A stretch of DNA of 64,000 nt from Cystobasidiomycetes sp. EMM_F5 (lineage: Eukaryota): positions 186,001 through 250,000 of the forward strand of contig JBPGPT010000005.1 in assembly GCA_051047955.1 (NCBI GenBank), read 5' to 3'. Shown piece by piece: positions 25,898-37,679 of the stretch. Below the pieces are notes generated by a model. That model ran no database searches. It worked only from the letters and a program-made list of their open reading frames with translations, and was not told the DNA's origin. The position numbers and the translations under genes were made by a program. The stretch's first letter is position 1. Each line of letters starts with the position of its first letter.

Positions 25898-27586
25898 CTA
25901 GATTTTGATATTCATCAAGGCTTCAACAAGATTCTCGTATCGATTCGGCCTGTGGACGTGTCTATGACGCCTTTGACGGACTTCTTGCGCTTGGAAGGCC
26001 TGATCAATTGTCTCGAAGAGATGCATGACCTCGTTCCTGTGACTGAGGCGAGAATCGCGACGAGCATGATGGTGTCGTCGGCTGTCGGGTCTAGAACTGT
26101 GAAGATACTGATCTCTTCCTACATCGTGTCTCGAGAATCCAGCGCGAGGAGGAGGATGACTCAAAGTACGACTACGAAAATCCCCGCTCGTTGACCAATA
26201 CTGCTGCGATTGCCGTGACGAGTACCGGTCCGAACGTCGGGTTCTTCTGTGGTTTCGGTCATCACCAGTAGCATGAGTGCCATGCCGTCGCCGCTGTTGT
26301 TGACGCTCAGAGCGAGCTACAGGCGTACTGGCTACAAAATCTAGAGAGGGAGAGCGAGATGATCTGTAAGTATATTCTGCGTCGGAACGGAGCCTCAAAC
26401 TTTGCGATCTGTTCTGGCGTGCGGGTCCATGTCGTCGCCTTTGTGGCCATTCGTTGCGCGACGTGTCGGTTGATGCTGAGGCGGGACTGGAGATACGTAT
26501 TGAGTGTTGCTCAGTGGGGCGCGGTGAAGCCGATGACCTTCTACGTCGGTCACTGGGCGTCGGCGTAGCATTTGTCGTCCTTTGCGATGACGGCATTCGA
26601 GCCGGTTGCCATGTAGCAGAATACGCTTCCGACGGGGCGAGAGGTGATTGCGGAAGTGCGCTAAGCGAGCCATGCGGGGTCGACCTTGTCGTAGACTGCG
26701 ATCGTTCGCGGTAAGTGCCTGATGGAGCAGTGGCAGGCTGCCTTCGGTATCGCACGAGTGATTGCTGTACATTTTGTTGATAGCGCAAGGCTGAGGCGCT
26801 CTCCGAATCCGTTGCTACTTCTTCAACTGTTGCCTGCGGATACACTCGTGCCATTCTTCCGGGATCCCAATTATTTTGCAAATTGCTCCACTCTTCCTCG
26901 CTGACCGGCACCCATTCGCGAGTAATCAAGAACTCAGGAGGCGGGGGAGGGGGAGCTGGCATTCCGCTGGCTCCGGGAGGCGGAGAGGTGTCAGATTGAC
27001 CAGGGAAAGGGAAAAGGGGAGGAGGTGGAGGAGGAGGAGGTGGTGGTGGTGGGGAAAAAGCACGTTCATACAGCGGGGGGGAATGATTGGACAAAGGTTG
27101 ATACGAAGGGGCCAGCGGACGACATGGGGGAAAATCATGAAACGCATCACTAGCACCGGCGTTTGTGCCGGCTTTTGCTGGCACACGAGGTTGCGGCTGC
27201 CGTGTGTAATCTTCAGAATTCGTGCGAAGCCGAGGAGGCGTGCGTGAGTAATGTGAAAGGGCCGGCTGCTATCGCAAGCCAGATTAGATCAGTCAGAGAT
27301 ACTGAAGATAGTAACACACCTGGATGTTTGACGTTGTTCGCGTTTCATGGTGATTTCTGCCATCAAAATAAAGATTTCGCCGTTGCAGGACCGGCAATCC
27401 ATACGCTGATGACTGGTCTGAATATGCTGCGGGATTGAAAAGAGGCGGGTGACGCGTCAGTGGCACATAGCTGGTCTCGAGGACAGCGTGTCCGAGGACA
27501 GGGATATTCCTGGGCAGTGACGAAATTCGCATTCGGTCATAACGGGCAGTGTGCTCAGTTCGATGTTGAGGATGACCTTGATTCAT
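25898..27586 (-). CDS. Orphan Pro/Arg/Ser-rich protein (cluster member A)
   Basis: 428-codon ORF extended in frame by a 51-nt GT-AG intron (27269-27319) to ATG 27586 (MNQGHPQH). Poly-Pro tracts; no recognisable domain. Confidence 0.7.
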
Positions 27587-27865
27587 GTACGCAAATCGAA
27601 ATATGGTCGAAGATGAGATAGTGCTACTGCAGCGAATGGGTTTCGAGCTGCGGATACACCCGGCAGAAAGGATGGCAAGGCTGTGTTCTCTGCAATACCA
27701 TCTACATCTGTCGCACCGTCGGGGTGCATACAGCTTATCATGCCGGAACGAACGGTCAAGGTTGTGGTTCAAGGAAGAAGAAAGGCATGCACAGGTGACA
27801 AGTTAGTTCAAATATCTTTACACAGACACACTATGTTCAAACAGCCATCTGACGGCACCAATGCA

Positions 27866-29656
27866 TCAGCGACGATAAGACCGAGTATTTCTCCTTGTTC
27901 TTTGGAGAATATCAAAGATTGGTGGATCCGAACGTCGATGTCTACTGCCACGCTCGTAACGCTGAAGTTCGACCAGAAGAGCACGACTCATATCCAGCAA
28001 AGATCGTTCCGGCACGGATGGACGCTGCAATCGCGATGGTCTATGTAGAACGTTTCTGTGTCTTAGCGAGGGCTCAACGCGATGGTCGCTCTGGTTGGTG
28101 TGCATTTGGCGGTGCGCCTGGCGTCCAGGCTGAGATGTTTCGGTTCTCATACCTTGACGACGGCCAATGGTCGCCTGACCGTAATTAAGATCAAGATCTC
28201 CATTCGTGTAAGGTGCATAAGTGGATAATTGAACAGGTCCGCGCTGCGTGTATTGCGGCTGCGAGTGCACTCTCTCCCGCTCAGGGGACGGCGATGGGTC
28301 AGCACGCCACGGAGGACGTTCACCGTGGACCCCAGGTGTATACGTCTCGAGAACATCTCGATCTCGCCCCGCAAATCTGCGATTGTCTCTAGAAGAGTTG
28401 CGTTGCGGACTCGCGAACGCGAGTGACTCATTGTAGGTTTCCCTTTCCCTTCGCGCTGTTCCTCGATGAGTGGGCGGTTGGGCGGGTCTGCGCTGCGTGT
28501 ATTGCGGCTGCGAGTGCACTCTCTCCCGCTCAAGGGACGGGGATGGGTCAGTACGCCACGGAGGACCTTGATTGTCGACTCCAGGTGTATACGTCTCAAG
28601 GATATTTCGATCTTGCTCCGCAAATCTGCGACTTTCTTGGCGAAAGTTGCGTTGCGGACGCGCTGACGCAAATGATTCATCGTAGGTTTCCATTCGTGGT
28701 GTTCGTTGCTGAGCGGGCGGCTGAGCGGGTCTCCGCTGCGCGTATTGCGATTGCGAATGCACCCTCTCCCGCTCAGGGGATGGCGATGGGTCAGCACGCC
28801 ACGGAGGACGTTGACCGTCGACTCCAGGCGTATACGTCTCAAAGATAGTTTCATCTTGCTCCGCAAATCTGCGAATCTGTCCGCGGGGGTTGCGCTGCGG
28901 ACTCGCAAATGCAAGTGACTCATTGTCAGTTGCTATTCGCGGTGTTCCTCGATCCGAAGGACTGCGAGAATACCGCCTTGGCTGAATGAAATCCGGCTCG
29001 TCTGATGTAGAAAATGTGTTTCGAGCTATTCCAATGTTCTGAGTCCACTCTCGAGGTGGTAGACCTTGACGCGGGCTGTCACCTCGATTGTGAGCAACTG
29101 GCCACACTGAAGATCCGTCCGGAGAAAAGGCATCCTCAGTTCTGACCGAAGAAGCATAAGCAACAGGGCGAATTCTGGCAGGTGGTCCTCCGGGATGAGG
29201 TAGCGAATACGCGTCAATCGACCATTGCAGCTCATCAGACAGGGACACGTGCTGACGGCGAAGATCAGAATACGTGTAGAGCTGTAAGAAGAAGACGTGG
29301 TAGCGATTATTCCAGTCGCCAGTACGTTCATACAGCATCATATCGCCAGGGCTGTTGGGGAGTGTGCGCATGTACATCCAATATTTGCTGTGATACAGGC
29401 TGTTCCTGCGCCCGCGTTCTGCCGACGGTCCTAGGAACCAAAAGGAAGTGTCCCAGTACGGAAATCGATCCAAATGCTGAGGGGGATCGACTTGCTGGAA
29501 GATCCCATTGCCGTGGCCTATCAAGGCTCCTGCATATGGGCAATATGCAGAATAGTAGCTGCCATACCGACCTGGAACGGTTTTTGATCGTTCTATCAAA
29601 TTGAGGAATAGCTGACGGCGTCCCTGTGGAAGCGCGTGACCATCTCTGTGTGCCAT
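27866..29656 (-). CDS. Orphan protein with aromatic-rich N-terminal region and three ~81-83 aa Arg/Pro/Gln-rich repeats (cluster member B)
   Basis: 596-codon uninterrupted ORF whose repeats preserve frame; the true start may lie further upstream. Confidence 0.7.
   Translation of the reverse strand: MAHRDGHALPQGRRQLFLNLIERSKTVPGRYGSYYSAYCPYAGALIGHGNGIFQQVDPPQHLDRFPYWDTSFWFLGPSAERGRRNSLYHSKYWMYMRTLPNSPGDMMLYERTGDWNNRYHVFFLQLYTYSDLRRQHVSLSDELQWSIDAYSLPHPGGPPARIRPVAYASSVRTEDAFSPDGSSVWPVAHNRGDSPRQGLPPREWTQNIGIARNTFSTSDEPDFIQPRRYSRSPSDRGTPRIATDNESLAFASPQRNPRGQIRRFAEQDETIFETYTPGVDGQRPPWRADPSPSPERERVHSQSQYAQRRPAQPPAQQRTPRMETYDESFASARPQRNFRQESRRFAEQDRNILETYTPGVDNQGPPWRTDPSPSLERERVHSQPQYTQRRPAQPPTHRGTARRERETYNESLAFASPQRNSSRDNRRFAGRDRDVLETYTPGVHGERPPWRADPSPSPERERVHSQPQYTQRGPVQLSTYAPYTNGDLDLNYGQATIGRRQGMRTETSQPGRQAHRQMHTNQSDHRVEPSLRHRNVLHRPSRLQRPSVPERSLLDMSRALLVELQRYERGSRHRRSDPPIFDILQRTRRNTRSYRR
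28235..28930 (-). repeat. Coding tandem repeat, about 3 units of 243-249 bp
   Basis: Anchor AG(C/T)ACGCCACGGAGGAC(G/C)TT recurs at 28301, 28550 and 28793. Encodes ETYTPGV..PPWR.DPSPS.ERERVHSQ.QY three times. Confidence 0.95.
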
Positions 29657-30622
29657 TATGCCCGATTTGTGGTCAATAAACGGTACGATGTATCTCCAGC
29701 TTTATGGCTGGTGGTTGCAGCGATCTGGTCGGGGTCAGGATGAGGACAAGGGTAAGATCAGATCTTATTGGCTGGAGTCATTCGGTTATCCGTAGACTAC
29801 GACTGGCTAGCAGAAGACAAGACCTCCCTGAGCGCGCTGTGTAGAGCGGATCGGTACGCCCAATCTAGTCGTACCGTCCTGCAACATTCATAGCCTGTAC
29901 GGATACGACAGTCAGCCAGGCGGCTGCCGCCAGTGGGCTATGTGCCGATTTATTGTGAGTGGAAATCAGCAATGTAGTCAGAATGTCAGCTTTTGAATGC
30001 ATCAGTAATTAGAATCGATTTTGCGCGAGTTCCATGGCCAGCCCGATGCGGCGTCCTAGCAGCGGCATGTTTCGAAAATACTACACGTTACGTGAGTAGA
30101 CATGGCATATTGAGCGTCGTATCCCTTGTACTTCAGCTGGCTTCAGCTGCCAAGCTGGTTGCAGCCACTATGAGGTTGCGGAAAGCATCATAGGCTCGTC
30201 CCTGCAGCTACAGCCGTCATCGCTCGCATGTTTAGCAGCATATCTGGGCATACGATAGCTGCTCTCGTCGCATTTCTCCTGGTGATTGGCGACTGCTAAG
30301 AAGGCAGCAGCCAAGGCAACTCAGAGCGCAGAAAACAGACCGAAGAAAAAGATTGACATCGACAGGTCTGATATTGTTGATACAACGAGACACGCTACGA
30401 AACAACTGGATGGCAGTATATTTGTTGCAGCTTGTGCACCAAGGAGTGATCTTCGCAAATCGCAGAGACGAAACTTCGGTGGCTCGACTTCTCCACTTTG
30501 GATTACGATGCTATCCGTTCTCGACCACGTCTCACGTAGTGAGCAAGAATGACCATTATGTCTCCGAAGACTCAGCGGCTACTCATCTCTAATCGTTTCG
30601 AATGAATACTGTCTCTCGCTTT

Positions 30623-32416
30623 TCAGATTTGCAAACCCATAAGGAAGTTGACCGTACGCTCAATACCATTGAGCCGCGGGCGATGCGTTCGGTTTTGTCT
30701 CTGATGCCGTCCTCTCGGTCGGTGAGGCGGCTCAAAAGATCGGAGCAGATCTAAAACGCCGTCGCGCTGTTCCCGATACTGATCATAACGTCTGGAATAG
30801 CGGCGCATTTGCCTCTCCGAGTCAGTGATGTCCGGATACCTGCGTCTGTGGGTGCTTTGGTGTGACGAGTGTCTCGTATCCGGCTGGCTTGACATGCCAT
30901 TGCCGCGAGGTGGGCGAGAGGCTCCCTGACCATGGTGCCGCGATGGTCGCGGTTGTAAGTCGCTGTGGTTGTGCCTTCTCTGATTCTGCCTGTCGTTATC
31001 CGACCGGCTGCTCTGTACGTAGTCAGAAAGCTGCTGTCGTCTCCTAGCGCCATCTACATTGGCTCGCGAAGACCGGTTGGTAGAGCGTGCTTCCTGCGGA
31101 TATCTTTCTGACCGAGTTTGCATTCGATCTGCGCTCGACACTCGTTGACCAGTCCGCGACCTGTGTTGATGACTGGGCTGCTGCCTGTACTGCTGCTCAC
31201 GAGCAGGGAGGGATTCTCTAGCAGCACCGCCATTTCCCGACCGCTCAGCTCTTTCTTCCCGGGTTCGAGGAGACCGTGCACTCGCATCGGACGCAACGCT
31301 TGCAACCGTTGCCCGTCGGGGCGCTTGCCGATCTTGCCGATGAGCAGTATGTGCTGTCGGATTGTCCAGTCTGCGCGACCGGACTGAAGTCGCGTTGACG
31401 CGATTGGACTCGGGACGCCGCCTTCCGAATAGACCCCAAGCCCCTCTGCCCATTTCCCCGCTTGCAGTAGGCAGCGCTTCGATCGTTGGACCAGTCGTCG
31501 TCGGTGTGCCATCTCCATGTCGCGCACTTTGGCGGCGATTTTGAGGGCGCCGGCGAGTGCTTCCTGCGGTTGGCCCGGATGTCAGAGGTGCGGGGTTTAT
31601 TATTGTGGGAGAGCCGGTTTCGGCGTCGGTAGAGAGCTCCTCGACTCTGTCCATTGGAGATATCTGGACATTTATTGGCTCACGGCGAAGCCCTGTCGAA
31701 TTAAAGAACATCGTGGGCGGAGGTGGAGGCACATCAGATAGGTTCGGGATAGTATTGTGAGGTGGAGCGGTGAAAGCTGGGGTAGAAAAATTGATACCAT
31801 TATTGAATAGCGGGGTCTGCGAGGGGCCCGCTGGTGGAGGATGAGGATATGGATTGGCCGGTTGTGCGCTGCGCGCAGGGTAAAATGACGCAGCAGAGGG
31901 CGCTTGGTGTACAGCATCATTGTTGTGTCGAGGTTCTTGCACAGGTGGAAATGGAGGAGCAGCATCTCCCGCAGAGGACGGTGCGTTTTGAGCACCAGAA
32001 CCTGTTACCGGCGGATGCTGCTGGCTCATGTCAGCAGTAGCGGGCGCATTTGCTTGCCGACGGCGCCTCGTGGGCTGTTGATGAGGTTGTGCCGGCATAT
32101 TAGTCTGCGAGGCCAATGTTAGAGCGAGCTCGAATAGGATGATTCTGCAATTACATACCGGCATTTCTTGCTCTGGCGTAAGATACTGTACCATGTCATC
32201 AGGCACCCGCAACAATGACGGGTTAATTGCAGCATGTCCATTTGATGGCGGTGGATTCCTCGTATATGTGAATCCTCGTCCATTGGCTTGTGGATTGACC
32301 CGATGTGGCACCGGTGACTGCTGGACGCGCGAATAATCTGCGTATCGGATGTTCTGCTGACCGTTGCCGTTGAGCGGAGCATTGTTGGGAGGAGGAGGAG
32401 GAGGAATGGGATCCAT
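30623..32416 (-). CDS. Orphan Pro/Arg/Gln-rich protein (cluster member C)
   Basis: 597-codon ORF starting MDPIPPPPPPNN, with a probable in-frame intron near 32104-32158; no recognisable domain. Confidence 0.7.
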   Translation of the reverse strand: MDPIPPPPPPNNAPLNGNGQQNIRYADYSRVQQSPVPHRVNPQANGRGFTYTRNPPPSNGHAAINPSLLRVPDDMVQYLTPEQEMPVCNCRIILFELALTLASQTNMPAQPHQQPTRRRRQANAPATADMSQQHPPVTGSGAQNAPSSAGDAAPPFPPVQEPRHNNDAVHQAPSAASFYPARSAQPANPYPHPPPAGPSQTPLFNNGINFSTPAFTAPPHNTIPNLSDVPPPPPTMFFNSTGLRREPINVQISPMDRVEELSTDAETGSPTIINPAPLTSGPTAGSTRRRPQNRRQSARHGDGTPTTTGPTIEALPTASGEMGRGAWGLFGRRRPESNRVNATSVRSRRLDNPTAHTAHRQDRQAPRRATVASVASDASARSPRTREERAERSGNGGAARESLPAREQQYRQQPSHQHRSRTGQRVSSADRMQTRSERYPQEARSTNRSSRANVDGARRRQQLSDYVQSSRSDNDRQNQRRHNHSDLQPRPSRHHGQGASRPPRGNGMSSQPDTRHSSHQSTHRRRYPDITDSERQMRRYSRRYDQYREQRDGVLDLLRSFEPPHRPRGRHQRQNRTHRPRLNGIERTVNFLMGLQI

Positions 32417-32904
32417 ATCTGGTGGATTGTCAACGTGGGACGCGGCCGATATCTGCTGGTTGCAGAGACTGACGAGCAGTAAGCAGATGAGAGGTATGCT
32501 ACTACAGCTATGTTAGGGTGCCCGACAAACAAGATCACTGGCAGGTCATACGAAATGTACAGCCTCGACAGTCTCGCGGGGCTATACATACAGTGCCCGA
32601 TAGAATTCGTGTATACATCTGCAGTCAGCAATATCGTTATGGGATACACGTTATGCCAACTGTCCCAGTCGGTGCTGCATCAACTTCGATACGTGTCATT
32701 TCGGCAGGATTGATCTGGTTCGGTTAGGAATTCGAACCCATTATGCTTCCACATCCATGTTTCGGCAGCATATTGTTTGCTCCATAATTCACCTAGAGTC
32801 TATTCAGCCAATGTTCACCGTCAGTGGTCAGTCCTGGTAAATCGCTTATGCTTTATTGAGAAATATATGCTACACTGCGCGAACAAAAGGCTCGACGACC
32901 ATCC

Positions 32905-34857
32905 TCAGACTGTCTTTCCGATGACCTCTTCACGGTCAATGACGACTGCAGAGGTATCCGACCCGGCGTCGCCCTTTCCACTCTGGCTACTCGAGTCGGA
33001 TGCGAGATCTTGGCTGTCTGTACGGGCATCCAACTTGAGATCCGGGACATTTGCCAACTCTTCTTTCTGCGTTGTGGATTTCTTTACACTGGAGGCGTCA
33101 GGTTGGCCGTCGATCGTGGAAGCGACACTGTCGATGCTCTTATCGGCGGGATTGAGCATTGGGGAGCTGACGGCGGAAGGCCCAAGTGATATATCAGCAG
33201 GCACATTCCCGTCATCACCGCCCAGTGTAGAGGCTGGGGTTGCTGGTGTCTTGCGTCCTTCGGCATCTCGCTGCAACTCGTCCAACTCCTTTTTGAGTGC
33301 AGCAACTTGACTAAAGTTGGCCATGACTCGAAAGTAGAAACTAGCGCCATTCCATACGGATACGCTTTCAAAGACTCGTGTCAGTCAAGATCATCGGGTC
33401 GTACGTATCATAGCCGTTGCTAACCTGAAAAACGTGATGAGCCAGAGGACGCTTAGAAACTTGCTGTCGTATAGCCAGATGACACTAGGAGACATCGTCA
33501 CGATAGTATAAACGAGCTGACCGCCCATAAAGGACATTTCTCGATGCTGAGGAGGGATCTTTGCCAAAGTCTTGCCGATAAGGGATCGCTTATTGTTCAG
33601 CATCCACGTAAAACTCGTCATGCGTCCTTCACGTTCAATTCGCTCCTTTCGCGCAACGATGATACCGTAATAGTAGGCAATCTGCCAGACCAAGTCTGTT
33701 TATCGCAATGATCAGCAGTGTCATATAGCTGTTCAGACGTTGGAGAGCGTACATGCTAGACTGGAAAAGAGAATACTTCGCCAGATGTTGAGTCGTGGTA
33801 GCTCGTTCAATGCAGGGTAATCTTGGTGTACATTTGGATAAAAGTGGCGAATCGTGGTGAATACGAACGGAGGGTAGATGTGAATGAAGAGCGAGGTGAC
33901 CTTGTCGACAGAGTGGAAGACCAGCGAGTTGCGCCACGTTGCAATACTGTATGCCAACACCATCAGCTGCTCATCCGATACGTAGCGGACACAACTCGGC
34001 ACTCACGCTGTACAGAGGGGGCCGTGCGCGAGGCAGTAGCACGCCACAAACATCATAGGCGAGTTGGGGAATATCCAGATATACGCCAATGTCATTGCAT
34101 TGACGAGATCTTGAGTGACATTCCTGTCAGTTCAGCGGGTGTTCTGCTATTCTTTCGACTCACAGCACAAATCAAACAGAAAGTAGGAAAAGTGCTTCTT
34201 TCGGTACTCGTATATTCTCAATGGCATCAGGTAAAGGGATAGAATGGTGTAGACGTTTGGTCTGTAGGGAGATAACGCGTTAGCGACGGAGAATATGCCT
34301 CAGTTCATGATGACCTACATCCATTGCGGCCGAAACCCAACGAGCAGTGCGGAGAACAGGACGAGTTCTACGCCCATAAAGAACGATAGCTTGTCGCGCA
34401 GAGATACCACACGCTCATCCTTCCATCTCTGCCGCAGCGTCTCTACGCGTTTGCCTACTCTAGCCTTGAACCTGGCAACTTCCCTGTCTATATCGATGCG
34501 GTCATCGTGTGTCGATGCGTCATTTACGCGCTGCCTCGTTCTCCTCCGCTGCAGCTGCATTCCCTGATTGAGCATATCTTCTGCCGACCTCTTTACGCTC
34601 GAGGCTGTCGCTTGGACGTTTGACCTCCATTCCTGCCCTTTGCGGGACAGCTGCCTCTTTGCGAGGTCGAGGTGCGAGTCGAGCACGACGAGGGCGTCTA
34701 GCAGTGTCAGACTCGTAAAGCTGTCGTCTGCGTCGACTAACTGCATGCTGGATGCTCTCGACAGCGTCGGTCGCAGCAACGGCGTTGATGGTGCAGTAGA
34801 CCCTTGCGAGGTAGGGATGAGATGCTCCCTCACGGCAGCAGAGAAGTTTTCTCCCAT
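32905..34857 (-). CDS. GPC1: Glycerophosphocholine acyltransferase (DUF2838 family)
   Basis: LRDKLSFFMGV, KKHFSYFLFDLCY, AHGPSV/LAYSIATWRNSLVFHSVDKVTSLFIHIYPP, GRMTSFTWML, WNGASFYFRV. Confidence 0.9.
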
Positions 34858-35551
34858 GATGGCAGTCTAGTTGCGAATCCTGTCTGACTGAGGTTGACGA
34901 GGTATTACAATGACGCCGAGTTGGACGTGTAGAGTGAATGCGAGCGCTCGTCCAGCAGTGAAGGCCAGAGCAGTGAAGCGGTCGAGCCTTCGAAGCCTGC
35001 GACTGTTTGAGCAGTAGCAGCAGCAATATCAGAACTGCGTTGATGCTGGCTGCGACCGAGTTGTAGCAGTCGTCAGAGTCGCAACGTGATCCCGAAAATT
35101 GCTCATCCAACAAAACTGCAGAAGCACACACACCTCACCACGTCCTCGAATGAATAGCACCGAGCAAGATTACGCGCAAGCTTAGACTGTCTGAGCATTG
35201 CTGCAGTTGTAATTACAAACTCCAGACTCCCTGATCCGCTGCTCGCAAGATACACAAATGCAAAGGCAAGGACTTCTGCATGCTTCGCTTTACCATCCAG
35301 GACATCAAATAAGAAAATCGATACTGGTACTGTGCTTGCTTGCTTTCGTATCCGACTTCTCTTGCACGCGACTGAAATCTCTCGGGCCTTTCCGGCTGCA
35401 AGCGGCCCTGCCGTTGCCGAGCTGCAGGTCACGGGGACGGGGACTCCGCTGAAAGTTGAAGGGGCTTAGGGAAATGCGACCTTTGCAATCAGTGCAACCG
35501 TTGAATCTTGCAACTCTGACGTTCCAGATTTCAGTCTATAATCTCTGAAGT

Positions 35552-37408
35552 ATGCTCGCGACCCCGCGACTCAAGGCGGCCGCGTCGGGTGTAGCAGCCC
35601 GGCAGGCTATATCGAGCAGTGCTGGCAGCGGTAGCCAGTCTGCAGCCCGGTCAAGGAGTCTGACAGATTCTGGAGCGTCTACAGGAAGGTTGAATGCATT
35701 ACCGGTGCATCTTCAACGAAGCTACCGAGCGAGATATCGAGATCCAGAGACGCATGAAGCGCCTGTGCAATCGACATCGACATCCTACAATTACATATAC
35801 CCGAGACAGGCGAGCAGCCAACCACCGTCCCGACAACACCATGCACCGCAACCTACCTCTTCCACTCGCTCAAACGTCGTACCGTCAAAGAACAGGGAGG
35901 AAATGGAAAACAGATGGGTCCCCGCCGATCCGGCTATCGATACGCACAGGCCTCTATCGAATGTAGCGCATCCTTCCTCAAGCTCAGGACCTGCAAAGAC
36001 TGCCCTGCTTACACCGGGCAGCGGAAGCCAATACGTCGGAATGGGACAGTTTCTCCTCCAAAATTACAAAAGCGCCAGGGATGTGTGGGAAGAAGCGGAA
36101 GAGGTGCGGCTGCTATAACAAGCTGGCAATTCACCCCAATGTCGACTGACCGTGTGCTCCTCGCAAGTCTCTCTCCTCCTTTGAAGGCTGGAGAAAAGAT
36201 CTAGGGTTGGATCAGATGGAAGAACTGAAAGGTCTCGATCTATCAAATTGGTCTGTGTGGCAGAAGGAGAGATCAGCTAAAGAATTGCGACACATCGTCA
36301 TGAATGGCCCACAGGTAGGCCGGATGAGGAAGACTTGGCTAAACGTTGCGCTGACTCGGTATACGCTTCCTTAGGATGAATTGACGCGCTCGTCAAATAT
36401 GCAACCTGCAATTCATATCACTACGCAAATGTTCCTCCGAGCGCTAGAGGTTAGTAAATATTACTGTATATCGTGGACTGTGCTGATCCGAATGTGCCTT
36501 TTCAGCAAGACTTCAGCACACCAATATCACGCTCCGCTTCCTTCTTTGCCGGGCATTCTAGCGGAGAATACAGTGCTTGCGTCGCATCCGGCATGGTCAG
36601 TTTTGCAGAGGGCGTCAAGCTGACTCGATTACACGGGCTTCTCACAAGCCGAACCCTGCAATTGTCAAGTCTCAAAAGCTACTCCGAATACTCTGCAAAC
36701 GACGAGGAGCGTGCGCAGATGTCTGCACTATTATTGCATCCCGGAGCCACAGTAGAAGACGTAGAAGCGGTCATCAAGCAGACGAGAAATACTTTCAAGG
36801 CTAATTCAGGAATGGTCGAAATTGCGAGCTACAACTCGTCGCACCAACTCGTCCTGTCCGGATCGAGAGCTGGCGTGCTAAACGCATGTGACATCCTCAT
36901 GGACAAGAATATAGCGTCGAGAGCTGCCGATCTACCCGTATTGTGCGTCCTTCCAATAAAAATACAGACCGCATGACTTGCTGACTTTAGGATGATGCAC
37001 AGTGCACCCTTCCATTGCTCCTTCATGGCTCTTGCGGCAATAGGTATGACTCATGCATGGAATGCGACGGAAACAATAGCCCCGCGCGCTCCACTTGTTT
37101 CAAACCTTGATGCGAGTCTGGTGACAACACCCGAGAAGCTCAAGTCTGACATTGTAGCGTCAATACACAAACCTGTGCTATGGTCACCCGCACTAGACGT
37201 GATGCGGCAGCACGGGACGACACGGTTCATATTTCTTGGGCCTGGTAAAGCGTTGGCAAACTTGGCCAAGAAGGAGTGCAAGAGCGGCGGCAAGTGGGAG
37301 GACTGGAAAGAGGTCCAAATTGCTAGTGTCGCTACGCAGCAAGATCTGGAAGACGTTGCGAGATTGTGTAGCGATCTTAGTATGGCCCAGCCCGTTGCGA
37401 GCTCATGA
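35552..37408 (+). CDS. MCT1: Mitochondrial malonyl-CoA:ACP transacylase
   Basis: Presequence-like N-terminus, LTPGSGSQYVGMG, QPAI, AGHSSGEY (GHSxG), SAPFHCSFM, GPGKALANL. Confidence 0.88.
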
Positions 37409-37679
37409 TCCCCGAAGAGCTATATACGTGATGTTGCATGTAATCTATGCATCCTGTAGCATACAACCTGTGCTTGAAACAACATTAGCATCATGATATG
37501 TCTCATTCAATTGCCTTGACTTTTTTGACGCGCTACTTTGCGTCATGCACCGGGCGCGACCGACGATCTCGTGATTAATGTCGTTTGGAATTCAAGCGTT
37601 TGCATAGCTTCTTTCCTTGCTACTTTGACATCACTGCATCCTCCATACACATAAACCACGGCCTCTACACCTGTTCAAC

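Noticed and set aside
28235..28930. Direct repeats as CRISPR array or LTRs
   Set aside because: Long degenerate in-frame coding units without unique spacers, cas genes or transposon ORFs.
30228..30552. Short hydrophobic ORF followed by a Lys-rich ORF on the plus strand between orphans B and C
   Set aside because: Frames do not join through a credible intron and no homology is recognisable.
25898..32416. Orphan cluster as a mating-type locus
   Set aside because: No homeodomain, HMG box, STE3-like receptor or CAAX terminus in these proteins.
32725..32742. GGGTTCGAATTCC on the minus strand, resembling a tRNA T-loop / Pol III B box
   Set aside because: T-stem pairs poorly and no D-arm, anticodon arm or acceptor stem can be formed.
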